Assembly: GCA_013043965.1 (NCBI GenBank)
Contig: JABEVF010000101.1
Location: 895 to 64,894, forward strand
DNA length: 64,000 nucleotides
Direction of reading: 5' to 3'
Source: Gallionella sp.
GTDB lineage: Bacteria > Pseudomonadota > Gammaproteobacteria > Burkholderiales > Gallionellaceae
How positions within the stretch are numbered: the stretch's first letter is position 1; every line of letters starts with the position of its first letter. This document shows positions 1 to 8,340 of the stretch, one piece after another. The translations under genes were made by a program, and so were the position numbers. The notes beneath the pieces were generated by a model, which saw only the letters and a program-made list of their open reading frames with translations, was not told the origin of the DNA and made no database searches.

Positions 1-30
1 CTCGGGAAGCGACGCCGATCCAGTAGCGCA

Positions 31-549
31 TTACTCGCCTTCCCAATAATCCGCGCTTTGCTCCGCGCGTCCGACAAAACGGAATCCGCTCGGCTTGCCG
101 TCCGCGCCTGCGGGATACTCTGCCAGCACGCCGAACTTGCCAGTGTCTGGATATTCCGCGATCTCCGGCGAGAGCTTGGTGCTGACCGTTAGGTATTTCA
201 ATTCAACACAGCCGGTATTAATAACTTGGTGCGCCGTCTCCTTGCCGCCCGATGGGCAGGCGACGATATCGCCCTGCCGAATCGGATAGGTATTTTCACC
301 GATGCGCACCTCCCCCGTTCCCTCCAGCACGAAGAACATCTCCTCGTTGACGTGGTGGTTATGGAAAGGAAACGCACGCTTGCCTGGTGGTACTGCGGTG
401 ATGTTGTACCCCAGTTTCTGCACACCCAGGTGAGGTGCGATCATGCCCATGCGCGCATCGTAGCGCTCCGCAGCCTTCCCGGTTGCGGCAAAAGCGGGCG
501 GGCGCGGTTGCAGTTCAACATCGGCGATATTGATGATAGGTTTGCTCAT
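31..549 (-). CDS. cupin domain protein
   Basis: ORF 31..570. I moved the start to ATG 549 (MSKPIINI...), which is preceded by AAAGGAG. The translation carries cupin motifs (FPFHNHHVNEEMFFVLEGTGEVRIG ... GDIVACP). Confidence 0.8.
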   Translation of the reverse strand: MSKPIINIADVELQPRPPAFAATGKAAERYDARMGMIAPHLGVQKLGYNITAVPPGKRAFPFHNHHVNEEMFFVLEGTGEVRIGENTYPIRQGDIVACPSGGKETAHQVINTGCVELKYLTVSTKLSPEIAEYPDTGKFGVLAEYPAGADGKPSGFRFVGRAEQSADYWEGE

Positions 550-572
550 GGCTGCTCCTTTCTGGATCATGG

Positions 573-982
573 TTATGCGCGTTTGCTGCGCATGGCAAAA
601 TATTTTTTGATGCGCTTGTCGTTAACAAAACGCTGATATTCATCACTCTCAACTGCATAAATCGCAATCTTTTCGTTCTTGTCGTAATGCGCCCCATCCG
701 TATTTTTTGGTCAAGGGAGATGCGCGCATGCAGGCATAGGGCTTGGCAAATAGCTCGTCCCAAAGTTTTTGCCGGCAGGCATTCAGTTCTGCCTGCGAAA
801 TCTGCCTGCGCGCTACATGGGTAGAAAACTTCAGCTTGCAGCGAGTAGCCATAAGGCTTGCCATACAACAACGCATATTCGATGACCGCGATGGATTTAT
901 TCTCCTTTTTATCTTTCGGCACGATCGCCGCCTTGAGTAGGCAGTCTGGTGCAATCTCGATGAATTGATTAACCGGGTTCAT
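573..982 (-). pseudogene. frameshifted DUF6157-like gene
   Basis: Three minus-strand frames must be joined to give one continuous protein. The segments are MNPVNQFIEIAPDC..YGKPYGYSLQAEVF (frame of ORF 515..982), STHVARRQISQAELNACRQKLWDELFAKPYACMRASPLTKKYGWG (frame of ORF 649..954), and HYDKNEKIAIYAVESDEYQRFVNDKRIKKYFAMRSKRA with its stop at 573..575. The shifts fall near the A4 run at 825..828 and near 688..694. The family name is from memory. Confidence 0.55.
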
Positions 983-1086
983 ATTTATTCCTTGCCGTTG
1001 CGGCGATAATCATACCTCCACTCAATATCGGCCGGTATACTCTACACACAGGCTACTGACAGCGTTATGTCAGCAACCTGTTCGAT

Positions 1087-1115
1087 TTGTAGATTGTTCC
1101 CTAGCTTGCGATAAT
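1087..1115 (+). promoter_or_regulatory. candidate sigma70 promoter for the DUF971-ubiE operon
   Basis: TTGTAG (1087..1092), a 17-nt spacer, then GATAAT (1110..1115), about 35 nt upstream of the ATG at 1151. This is a pattern match only. Confidence 0.3.
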
Positions 1116-1150
1116 GCCGCACTTTTTCAGTATCACGCCTCTCAAACCCT

Positions 1151-1534
1151 ATGACGATTCCGACCGAGATCACGCTGCACCAAAAATCCCGCGAACTGGA
1201 GATCGCCTTCGACGATGGCGCGCGCTACCGTCTGCCTTACGAATTCCTGCGCGTGTATTCGCCTTCCGCCGAAGTGCGCGGCCACGGCCCCGGGCAGGAA
1301 GTGCTGCAAGTCGGCAAACAGCATGTGCTCGTGAACGAAGTCACCCCGGTCGGCAGCTATGCCCTGAAGATCGCCTTCGACGACGGTCACGACAGCGGCT
1401 TGTACACCTGGGAATATCTGAGCAATCTGGGCAAGAACCAGCAAGCCTTGTGGCAAGACTACCTGCGGCAACTCAGTGAAGCGAACGAGAGCCGCGAGCC
1501 CTATCAAAACGGCGAGGGCCGACATGACCAATAA
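1151..1534 (+). CDS. DUF971 (gamma-butyrobetaine hydroxylase-like N-terminal domain) protein
   Basis: The translation [27 protein letters not shown]...[21 protein letters not shown] shows the typical duplicated DUF971 motif. The gene overlaps the ubiE start by 11 nt, its usual partner in Betaproteobacteria. Confidence 0.8.
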   Translation: MTIPTEITLHQKSRELEIAFDDGARYRLPYEFLRVYSPSAEVRGHGPGQEVLQVGKQHVLVNEVTPVGSYALKIAFDDGHDSGLYTWEYLSNLGKNQQALWQDYLRQLSEANESREPYQNGEGRHDQ

Positions 1535-2261
1535 GACCACCCACTTCGGTTTCGAGACCGTCAACGAAACAGAAAAAGCCAAGCGCGTCGCGGGCGTGTT
1601 CACCTCCGTCGCCGGCAAATACGACGTGATGAACGACCTGATGTCCGCCGGGCTGCATCGCCTCTGGAAACGCTACGCGGTCAGCGTCAGCGGCGTGCGT
1701 GCCGGACAAAAGGTATTGGACGTGGCGGGCGGTTCGGCCGATTTGTCGCGCTTGTTCCTAAAGGCGACAGGCAGCAGCGGGCAGGTCGTGCTCACCGACA
1801 TCAACAACGCGATGCTGCGTGTGGGCCGCGACCGCCTGCTCGACGAAGGCATCGCCACCCCGGTTACGCAATGCGACGCCGAGCACCTGCCCTTCCCCGA
1901 TAATTATTTCGACTGCGTGAGCATCGCCTTCGGCCTGCGCAACGTCACCCACAAAGAAGCCGCACTGCGCGAAATGCACCGCGTCATCAAACCCGGCGGG
2001 CGCGTCATCGTGCTGGAATTCTCCAAGGTCGCCAAGCCGCTGGAAAAAATCTACGATTTATATTCGTTCAAGCTGCTGCCCAAGATGGGACAGATGATCG
2101 CAGGCGACGCAGACAGCTACCGCTACCTCGCCGAATCCATCCGCATGCACCCCGGACAGGAAGAGCTGAAACAGATGATGACCGATGCCGGACTGGAGCG
2201 CGTCGAGTACTTCAATCTGACCGGCGGGGTGGTGGCGGTGCATCGGGGATACAAGTTTTAA
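1524..2261 (+). CDS. ubiE: ubiquinone/menaquinone biosynthesis C-methyltransferase UbiE
   Basis: Starts at ATG 1524 ([13 protein letters not shown]..). It has the UbiE N-terminal signature ([29 protein letters not shown]) and the SAM motif [11 protein letters not shown]. Confidence 0.93.
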   Translation: MTNKTTHFGFETVNETEKAKRVAGVFTSVAGKYDVMNDLMSAGLHRLWKRYAVSVSGVRAGQKVLDVAGGSADLSRLFLKATGSSGQVVLTDINNAMLRVGRDRLLDEGIATPVTQCDAEHLPFPDNYFDCVSIAFGLRNVTHKEAALREMHRVIKPGGRVIVLEFSKVAKPLEKIYDLYSFKLLPKMGQMIAGDADSYRYLAESIRMHPGQEELKQMMTDAGLERVEYFNLTGGVVAVHRGYKF

Positions 2262-2328
2262 CGACTTTAGAGAATAGCGTTTCAACATCAAAATGCTAGT
2301 TTCAGTTTTTTATCAACGGAGTACAGAT

Positions 2329-2924
2329 ATGCCGACATTGGATAATCAACTGGAACTCTGACGCTGCCCCCACTGCAATATCAATAACCCGAACCTATCA
2401 GAGATTCATCGTTGCGAAACAAACGACCATTCTGGTCGGGTGCTTAGAAGGTGAATGATTTACAAGTGTACAAACTGCGGTAACTTGGTTACAGCATGGT
2501 CTCTTAATTTCGGACAAGAGGCTATACAGAATTTCCAGAACCTCAATCTCTTGATGGGTTAATTCCTGAACGGCCTCGTGCCTATCTCCAACAAGCCATT
2601 GAATCTCTGCGCTCACCAGCTGGGGCAGTTATGTTGGCCGCAAGCTCTGTTGATTCAATGCTGAAGCTCAAAGGTTATAAAGAAGGTAGTTTATACACAC
2701 GCATAGAACAAGCAGCGCAACAGCATCTGATCACAGCAGATATGCGAAAGTGGGCGCACGATGTCAGACTCGATGCCAACGATCAACGTCATGCGGATGA
2801 CAACGTGCCACTCCCTTCCGTTGAGAATGCAAAACGATGTGTTGATTTTGCTCAAGCCCTAGCGCAATTCATTTTTGTCCTACCAGCCCGCGTTCAAAGT
2901 GGTATTGCCGAGGCCGGCGGCTGA
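2329..2924 (+). pseudogene. decayed DUF4145 / zinc-ribbon protein gene
   Basis: ATG 2329 follows GGAG. The reading MPTLDNQLEL-TGA(2359)-RCPHCNINNPNLSEIHRCETNDHSGRVLRR-TGA(2452)-MIYKCTNCGNLVTAWSLNFGQ then needs a frameshift around 2505..2530. After the shift it continues EFPEPQSLDGLIPERPRAYLQQAIESLRSPAGAVMLAASSVDSMLKLKGYKEGSLYTRI...WAHDVRLDANDQRHAD (the DUF4145 core, intact ORF 2631..2924). Confidence 0.6.
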
Positions 2925-2940
2925 GACACAATCTAGCTAG

Positions 2941-2970
2941 CGTAGGGCGCAATCATTATTGCGCCCTACG
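2941..2970 (+). terminator. perfect 13-bp stem-loop after the DUF4145 remnant (no U tract)
   Basis: cgtagggcgcaat (2941..2953), loop catt, attgcgccctacg (2958..2970). No T run follows on either strand, so it may be a stabiliser or REP-like element rather than a canonical terminator. Confidence 0.35.
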
Positions 2971-3049
2971 ATTACCTACCAATCGCCCTTGCATCTCCTC
3001 CCAACTTCGCTGATGATGCGCATCACATTTGTAATTCACGAGGGATTCC

Positions 3050-3325
3050 ATGAAAACCGCCACCATGCCAGCACTGCGCGTACAGCCCGAATTACGCCAA
3101 GCCGCTGAAGAGATATTGCGTCCGGGAGAGACACTCTCCGCCTTCGTTGAAGATTCGTTGCGCCGCAATGTAGCGTTACGCCGTAATCAACAGGAATTCA
3201 TTGCGCGAGGCCTCGCCTCGTTGAGCGCCGCTGAACAGAGCGGAGAGTATGTTTCCGCGAAGAAAGTATTGAGCAAGCTGAGCGCGAAATTGGAAAAAGC
3301 CCGTAACAAAAAATCTGCGAAATGA
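3050..3325 (+). CDS. type II antitoxin (YlcI/YnfO / ParD-like, ribbon-helix-helix-type)
   Basis: 91-aa protein (PALRVQPELRQAAEEILRPGETLSAFVEDSLRRNV...EFIARGLAS..) whose stop overlaps the downstream ParE-like toxin start (ATGA at 3322..3325). Confidence 0.75.
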   Translation: MKTATMPALRVQPELRQAAEEILRPGETLSAFVEDSLRRNVALRRNQQEFIARGLASLSAAEQSGEYVSAKKVLSKLSAKLEKARNKKSAK

Positions 3326-3627
3326 GTTACCGCATCCGCTTCACGCATGAGGCCGAAGATGGTTTGATGCGTTTGTTTGATTTTCTTCTGGCGCAGGATA
3401 TTCGCACGGCCGAACAGGCGGAAACCGCCATTTACAAGGCGATAGAGCTTCTGGAATTCTTCCCTTTTTCATGCCGCAAGGCGGATGACGAAGCGGGTCA
3501 TTCACTTCTGCGTGAGTTGTTGATTCCTTTTGGCGGCGCAGGTTATGTTGCTCTGTTCAAGATAGAGAGCAATGAAACCGTGACCATCATTGCGATACGT
3601 CATCAGCGTGAAGAGGATTACCACTAG
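3322..3627 (+). CDS. type II toxin, RelE/ParE family
   Basis: 101-aa protein (YRIRFTHEAEDGLMRLFDFL ... VTIIAIRHQREEDY) with typical ParE/RelE size and termini. It is translationally coupled to the upstream antitoxin. Confidence 0.8.
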   Translation: MSYRIRFTHEAEDGLMRLFDFLLAQDIRTAEQAETAIYKAIELLEFFPFSCRKADDEAGHSLLRELLIPFGGAGYVALFKIESNETVTIIAIRHQREEDYH

Positions 3628-3660
3628 CCACCGTTTGTATTTATTACTGGGAGTACTTGA

Positions 3661-4002
3661 ATGGCCGCTTTACCAAAATGCCCTGAATGCAGTTCAGCAT
3701 TCACCTACGAAGACGGGAATAACTATGTCTGCCCGGAATGCGCGCACGAGTGGTCCAAAGACGCGCACGCCCCGAGCGGGGAGCAGCAGCGCGTATACAA
3801 AGATGCGTTCGGCAATATGCTGGCCGATGGCGACTCGATTACGGTGATCAAAGATTTGAAGATCAAGGGTTCATCCTCGGTCGTCAAGGTGGGCACAAAG
3901 GTGAAGAACATCCGTCTGGTCGAGGGCGACCATGACATCGACTGCAAGATCGACGGCATCGGCGCGATGCAGTTGAAGACCGAGTTCGTGAAGAAGGCCT
4001 AA
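3661..4002 (+). CDS. yjdM: zinc-ribbon protein YjdM (PhnA family)
   Basis: [28 protein letters not shown] ... [51 protein letters not shown] matches YjdM/PhnA end to end. Confidence 0.9.
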   Translation: MAALPKCPECSSAFTYEDGNNYVCPECAHEWSKDAHAPSGEQQRVYKDAFGNMLADGDSITVIKDLKIKGSSSVVKVGTKVKNIRLVEGDHDIDCKIDGIGAMQLKTEFVKKA

Positions 4003-4048
4003 CGGCTGAGAACGGGTAAGTCGATCAGCCCTTTCTGTCTTGGCGAAT

Positions 4049-4076
4049 TGTTATAATCCGCGCTCTTCCGGAAGAG
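4049..4076 (+). promoter_or_regulatory. candidate extended -10 promoter plus 14-nt perfect palindrome upstream of glmU
   Basis: TGtTATAAT at 4049..4057. The palindrome ctcttccggaagag at 4063..4076 lies between it and the glmU ATG (4084). Confidence 0.3.
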
Positions 4077-4083
4077 ACCCACA

Positions 4084-5463
4084 ATGAGCCCATTGAACAT
4101 CGTCATTCTCGCGGCCGGCAAAGGCACACGCATGTATTCCAACAAGCCCAAGGTGCTGCACGCCTTGGCGGGTAAACCCATGGTGCAGCATGTGCTGGAT
4201 TGCGCGCAGGCGTTGCAGGCCAGGAATATCTGCGTGGTATACGGGCATGGCGGCGAGGCAGTGCCACAGGCGATGGCGGCTTATCCTGCCAAGTTCGTCG
4301 TCCAGGAACCTCAACTCGGCACGGGTCATGCGGTGCAGCAAGCCATGCCGCACCTGGACGACGGCTCGCCCACGATGGTGTTGTACGGCGATGTCCCGCT
4401 GATACAACTAAAGACTTTGCAGCACATGCGCGAGGCGGGCGACGGTCTGGTATTGCTTACCGTGAATCTGACTCACCCCACGGGTTATGGGCGCATCGTG
4501 CGCGGCGCGGGTGGCCGGGTACTGAGCATAGTGGAAGAAAAAGATGCCACGCCGGAACAGCGCGAGATACAGGAAGTGAATACCGGCATCTTGCTCGCCC
4601 CCACACAGATGTTGCGCAGCTGGCTGGCCAAGCTGCGCAACAACAACTCGCAAAGCGAGTACTACCTCACCGACATCGTCGCAATGGCCGTCGAACTGGG
4701 CGTGGCGGTGCATACCGTGCAAGCCGCGCACGCCTGGGAGGTCGAGGGCATCAACAGCAAGCAGCAACTGGCGGTGCTGGAACGCACCTGGCAACTGGTC
4801 GAAGCGCAGCGACTGCTGGCGAGTGGTGTGACGCTGGCCGACCCGGCGCGCATCGATGTGCGCGGTACGCTGACCTGCGGGCGTGATGTCGAGATCGATG
4901 TCGGCTGCATCTTTGAAGGCGCGGTGAGCCTGGCGGACGACGTGCGCGTCGGCGCGTACAGCATCATCCGCAACGCGAGCATCGCGCAAGGTACGCAGAT
5001 CGCGGCTTACAGCCACATCGACTCAAGCTCCGTCGGCGCGAACTGCCACATCGGCCCGTACGCGCGGCTGCGTCCCGGTAGCCAGATACACGACGGCGCG
5101 CACATCGGCAATTTCGTCGAGATAAAGAACAGCGCGATCGGCCAAGGTAGCAAAGCCAATCATCTGAGCTACATCGGCGATGCCACCGTGGGCAGCCGCG
5201 TCAACATCGGCGCAGGGACCATCACCTGCAATTACGACGGCGCGAACAAGTTCCGCACCGTCATCGAGGACGATGCCTTCATCGGCTCGGACACGCAACT
5301 CGTCGCGCCCGTGCGCGTGGGCAAGGGCGCGACCATCGGTGCGGGTTCGACCATTACCCAGAATGCGCCGGATGGCGTGCTGACCTTGTCGCGCAGCAAA
5401 CAGGTCACAGTCATCGGATGGAGACGCCCGGTAAAACTAAAACAAGTGAAAGATGAAACGTGA
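4084..5463 (+). CDS. glmU: bifunctional UDP-N-acetylglucosamine diphosphorylase / glucosamine-1-phosphate N-acetyltransferase
   Basis: N-terminus [23 protein letters not shown], with C-terminal left-handed beta-helix hexapeptide repeats. It sits upstream of glmS. Confidence 0.97.
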   Translation: MSPLNIVILAAGKGTRMYSNKPKVLHALAGKPMVQHVLDCAQALQARNICVVYGHGGEAVPQAMAAYPAKFVVQEPQLGTGHAVQQAMPHLDDGSPTMVLYGDVPLIQLKTLQHMREAGDGLVLLTVNLTHPTGYGRIVRGAGGRVLSIVEEKDATPEQREIQEVNTGILLAPTQMLRSWLAKLRNNNSQSEYYLTDIVAMAVELGVAVHTVQAAHAWEVEGINSKQQLAVLERTWQLVEAQRLLASGVTLADPARIDVRGTLTCGRDVEIDVGCIFEGAVSLADDVRVGAYSIIRNASIAQGTQIAAYSHIDSSSVGANCHIGPYARLRPGSQIHDGAHIGNFVEIKNSAIGQGSKANHLSYIGDATVGSRVNIGAGTITCNYDGANKFRTVIEDDAFIGSDTQLVAPVRVGKGATIGAGSTITQNAPDGVLTLSRSKQVTVIGWRRPVKLKQVKDET

Positions 5464-5515
5464 AAAGTGATTTGAACCCGATGCCACGTTTCACATTTCA
5501 CGTTTCGCTTTTCAC
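5446..5515 (+). promoter_or_regulatory. long imperfect hairpin made of inverted tandem heptads at the glmU-glmS junction
   Basis: Left arm: GTGAAAG ATGAAAC GTGAAAA GTGATTT (5446..5473, includes the glmU stop at 5461..5463). Right arm: GTTTCAC ATTTCAC GTTTCGC TTTTCAC (5488..5515). In-register pairing of 5446..5470 with 5491..5515 gives 21 Watson-Crick pairs, 2 G-U pairs and 2 mismatches. The helix ends 1 nt before the glmS Shine-Dalgarno AGGAG (5516..5520). Confidence 0.45.
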
Positions 5516-5530
5516 AGGAGTTCAATAATC

Positions 5531-7357
5531 ATGTGTGGAATCGTCGGTGGTGTAACGCAGCGCAATGTCGTGCCCATCCTGCTGGAAGGCTTGCAGCGCC
5601 TGGAATATCGTGGCTATGACTCGGCGGGTCTGGCGGTCGTGCACGATGGCAAGATCGAATGCCAGCGCAGCACCGGGCGCGTCGCCGAGCTCACCATCAA
5701 GAGTGCCGATACCAACGGTCAGACCGGCATCGCGCACACCCGCTGGGCGACGCACGGCGTGCCTTCCGAACGCAACGCGCATCCGCACTTGAGCAAAGGC
5801 AGGATCGCCGTGGTACATAACGGCATCATCGAGAACTACGAGGCCTTGCGCACAGACCTGACGGCGGCGGGTTACGTGTTCACCTCCGATACCGATACTG
5901 AAGTCATCGCGCACTTGATTCACAGCCACTATGTGCAAGGCAAGACCTTGCTGTCAGCCACGCAAGCCTCGCTGCACCAGCTGGTCGGCGCGTATGCCAT
6001 CGGCGTGATCGCGGCGGACAATCCCGATCAGCTCATCTGCGCGCGGCGCGGCAGCCCGTTGTTGCTGGGCGTGGGCATAGAAGAACACTTCATCGCCTCC
6101 GACGTGTCCGCGCTGTTGCCCGTCACCCGCCGCATGGTCTACCTCGAAGAAGGAGACGTGGTCGAACTGGGCCGCAGGCAGTATCAGATATTCGATGCGC
6201 ATGGCAGGCCGGTCACGCGCCCCATAGTTGTGAGCGAGATGAGCAACGAGAGCGTGCAACTGGGGAAATATCGCCACTACATGCAGAAGGAGATACACGA
6301 ACAACCGCAAGCTCTCGCCGACACGCTGGAATCGGTATGCAACAGCCAATCGCTGGTGCCCGGCATCTTCGGCGCAGAAGCCAGCACAGTATTTGCCGAC
6401 ATCAACCATGTGTTGATCCTGGCATGCGGCACGAGCTATCACTCCGGTCTGGTGGCGCGCTACTGGCTGGAAGAAATCGCGGGTGTCAGTTGCACGGTCG
6501 AGGTCGCCAGCGAATATCGTTATCGCAGCAGCGTGCCGAACCCCAGATCATTGGTCGTGGTGATTTCCCAATCGGGTGAGACCGCCGACACCCAGGCCGC
6601 GCTGAATCACGCGAAATCCCTGGGCCACACGCACACTTTGGCGATTTGCAACGTGGCCGAAAGCGCGCTGGTGCGCCTGTGCAAGCTGCGCATACTCACC
6701 CGCGCGGGTCCTGAGATCGGTGTGGCCTCGACCAAGGCATTCACCACACAACTCGCCGCCCTGTTCTTGCTGACCTTGGTTCTGACCAAACAGCGCGGTC
6801 GCTTGAGCCATGAACAAGAAATGGCGCATCTGCAAGACCTGCGCCATTTGCCCAGCGCAGTGCAGAAAGTGTTGGATCTGGAACCCATCATCGCCAAGCT
6901 CGCCGAACAATTCGCCAACAAGCATAATGCATTGTTCCTGGGGCGCGGCATGCACTACCCCATCGCGATGGAAGGCGCGCTCAAGCTCAAAGAGATATCC
7001 TACATCCATGCCGAAGCCTATCCGGCGGGCGAGCTCAAACACGGCCCACTGGCCCTGGTGGACAAGGATATGCCGGTGATCTCGGTCGCGCCGAATGACG
7101 CGCTGCTGGAAAAACTGAAATCGAACCTGCAGGAAGTCCGCGCGCGCGGCGGCGAGTTGTTCGTGTTTGCGGATGCCGACACCCACATCGCCACCGCCGA
7201 AGGCATACACATCATCCAGATGCCCGAGCACGCCGGCCTGCTCAGCCCTATCCTGCACACTATCCCGCTGCAACTATTGTCGTACTACGTCGCCCTGCAA
7301 AAAGGCACGGATGTGGACAAGCCGAGAAATCTCGCAAAATCTGTGACAGTTGAATGA
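5531..7357 (+). CDS. glmS: glutamine--fructose-6-phosphate aminotransferase (isomerising)
   Basis: MCGIVGG N-terminal nucleophile, tandem SIS domains, C-terminal ..[12 protein letters not shown]. 608 aa. Confidence 0.97.
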   Translation: MCGIVGGVTQRNVVPILLEGLQRLEYRGYDSAGLAVVHDGKIECQRSTGRVAELTIKSADTNGQTGIAHTRWATHGVPSERNAHPHLSKGRIAVVHNGIIENYEALRTDLTAAGYVFTSDTDTEVIAHLIHSHYVQGKTLLSATQASLHQLVGAYAIGVIAADNPDQLICARRGSPLLLGVGIEEHFIASDVSALLPVTRRMVYLEEGDVVELGRRQYQIFDAHGRPVTRPIVVSEMSNESVQLGKYRHYMQKEIHEQPQALADTLESVCNSQSLVPGIFGAEASTVFADINHVLILACGTSYHSGLVARYWLEEIAGVSCTVEVASEYRYRSSVPNPRSLVVVISQSGETADTQAALNHAKSLGHTHTLAICNVAESALVRLCKLRILTRAGPEIGVASTKAFTTQLAALFLLTLVLTKQRGRLSHEQEMAHLQDLRHLPSAVQKVLDLEPIIAKLAEQFANKHNALFLGRGMHYPIAMEGALKLKEISYIHAEAYPAGELKHGPLALVDKDMPVISVAPNDALLEKLKSNLQEVRARGGELFVFADADTHIATAEGIHIIQMPEHAGLLSPILHTIPLQLLSYYVALQKGTDVDKPRNLAKSVTVE

Positions 7358-7388
7358 TTAAAAATCATGGGCGAGATTTCTCGGCTTG
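7318..7388 (+). promoter_or_regulatory. 18-bp perfect inverted repeat enclosing the glmS stop codon
   Basis: caagccgagaaatctcgc (7318..7335, coding) pairs with gcgagatttctcggcttg (7371..7388, 3' UTR). The stop codon (7355..7357) lies in the 35-nt loop. No U tract follows. A second 8-bp hairpin sits at 7399..7417. Confidence 0.4.
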
Positions 7389-7656
7389 CGGTGAAGACTA
7401 ACTTGCTGCGCAAGTTAAGCCCGTCAGGGCGGTCGTAACCACAAAGCACGCAATCTTGCTAAATTCCGTCACTGTCGAATAACAGCGAAATGATGCGCGG
7501 GGTTGCTGTTGCCCAAACTTTCGGAATCATAGTCATCTGTGACCACACGAAGTTTTTTATAAACAAATTTTTATTTGTTATAAGGTGAGACCTGGCTTAG
7601 GATTTCTAATCCTGAAGTTATCGCGGGTCTAAACTGAAATCTTGATGGAGTGATTC

Positions 7657-8340
7657 GTGCGCATATTGTTAGTGGAAGATGATCCCTCGTTGGGAGAAAC
7701 GACAGCCCGGGCATTACGCTCGCAGAATTGGGCCGTAGATTGGGCAAAAAACGGCGTGTCTGTTGAAAACGCCGTCAAGCTGGTCAACTACGATCTGGTG
7801 CTTCTGGATGTGGGGTTGCCGGATATAGATGGCTTCGAGGTGCTGCGCCGCCTGCGCGATCAGAACAAATTCATGCCCGTCCTGATGCTCACAGCCAGAG
7901 ACGCCGTTGAGGATCGCGTGCACGGTCTGCAACTGGGTGCGGACGATTACCTGGTGAAGCCCTACGCACTGACCGAGTTGCTGGCCCGCATCCAGGCACT
8001 CTCGCGGCGCTACCACGCGCGCGAACGCAACGAGCTGCTGCTGGGCACGCTACGCGTCGATTTGATCGCCAAACGTGCCTTCCTGGCCGATAAGCCCCTG
8101 GAGCTGTTGCCTCGCGAATGGGCAGTGCTCGTGTATCTGCTGAACAATACCGGCAAGGTGGTGAGCAAGGAGCAGATCCTGGAAGCCATCTCGGAGTGGG
8201 ACGAAACACCATCGGGCAATGCAATCGAAGTTTATGTTTCGCGTCTGCGCGCAAAACTTGCCAGCTCCGACATCTCGATCCGATCAATTCGCGGCTTCGG
8301 ATATCTGGTAGAGGAATCGGGAAATGCCCCTCAGCCTTAG
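7657..8340 (+). CDS. OmpR/PhoB-family response regulator (TctD/QseB-like)
   Basis: GTG start. Receiver motifs are MRILLVEDD, LVLLDVGLPDIDG, PVLMLTARD and DDYLVKP. The C-terminal winged helix carries LLPREWAVLVYLL ... IRGFGY. Confidence 0.9.
   Translation: MRILLVEDDPSLGETTARALRSQNWAVDWAKNGVSVENAVKLVNYDLVLLDVGLPDIDGFEVLRRLRDQNKFMPVLMLTARDAVEDRVHGLQLGADDYLVKPYALTELLARIQALSRRYHARERNELLLGTLRVDLIAKRAFLADKPLELLPREWAVLVYLLNNTGKVVSKEQILEAISEWDETPSGNAIEVYVSRLRAKLASSDISIRSIRGFGYLVEESGNAPQP

Noticed and set aside
2359-2454. The two in-frame TGA codons of the DUF4145 gene might reflect TGA-to-Trp or selenocysteine recoding.
   Set aside because: TGA is used as a normal stop elsewhere in the window (holA, glmS, the GT9 gene). 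The same gene also needs a frameshift. No SECIS-like hairpin was seen. Pseudogenisation is the simpler explanation.
5464-5530. A glmS ribozyme or enterobacterial GlmZ-target stem upstream of glmS.
   Set aside because: The spacer is only 67 nt and contains none of the conserved glmS-ribozyme core. The structure seen is the heptad helix, which I reported separately.
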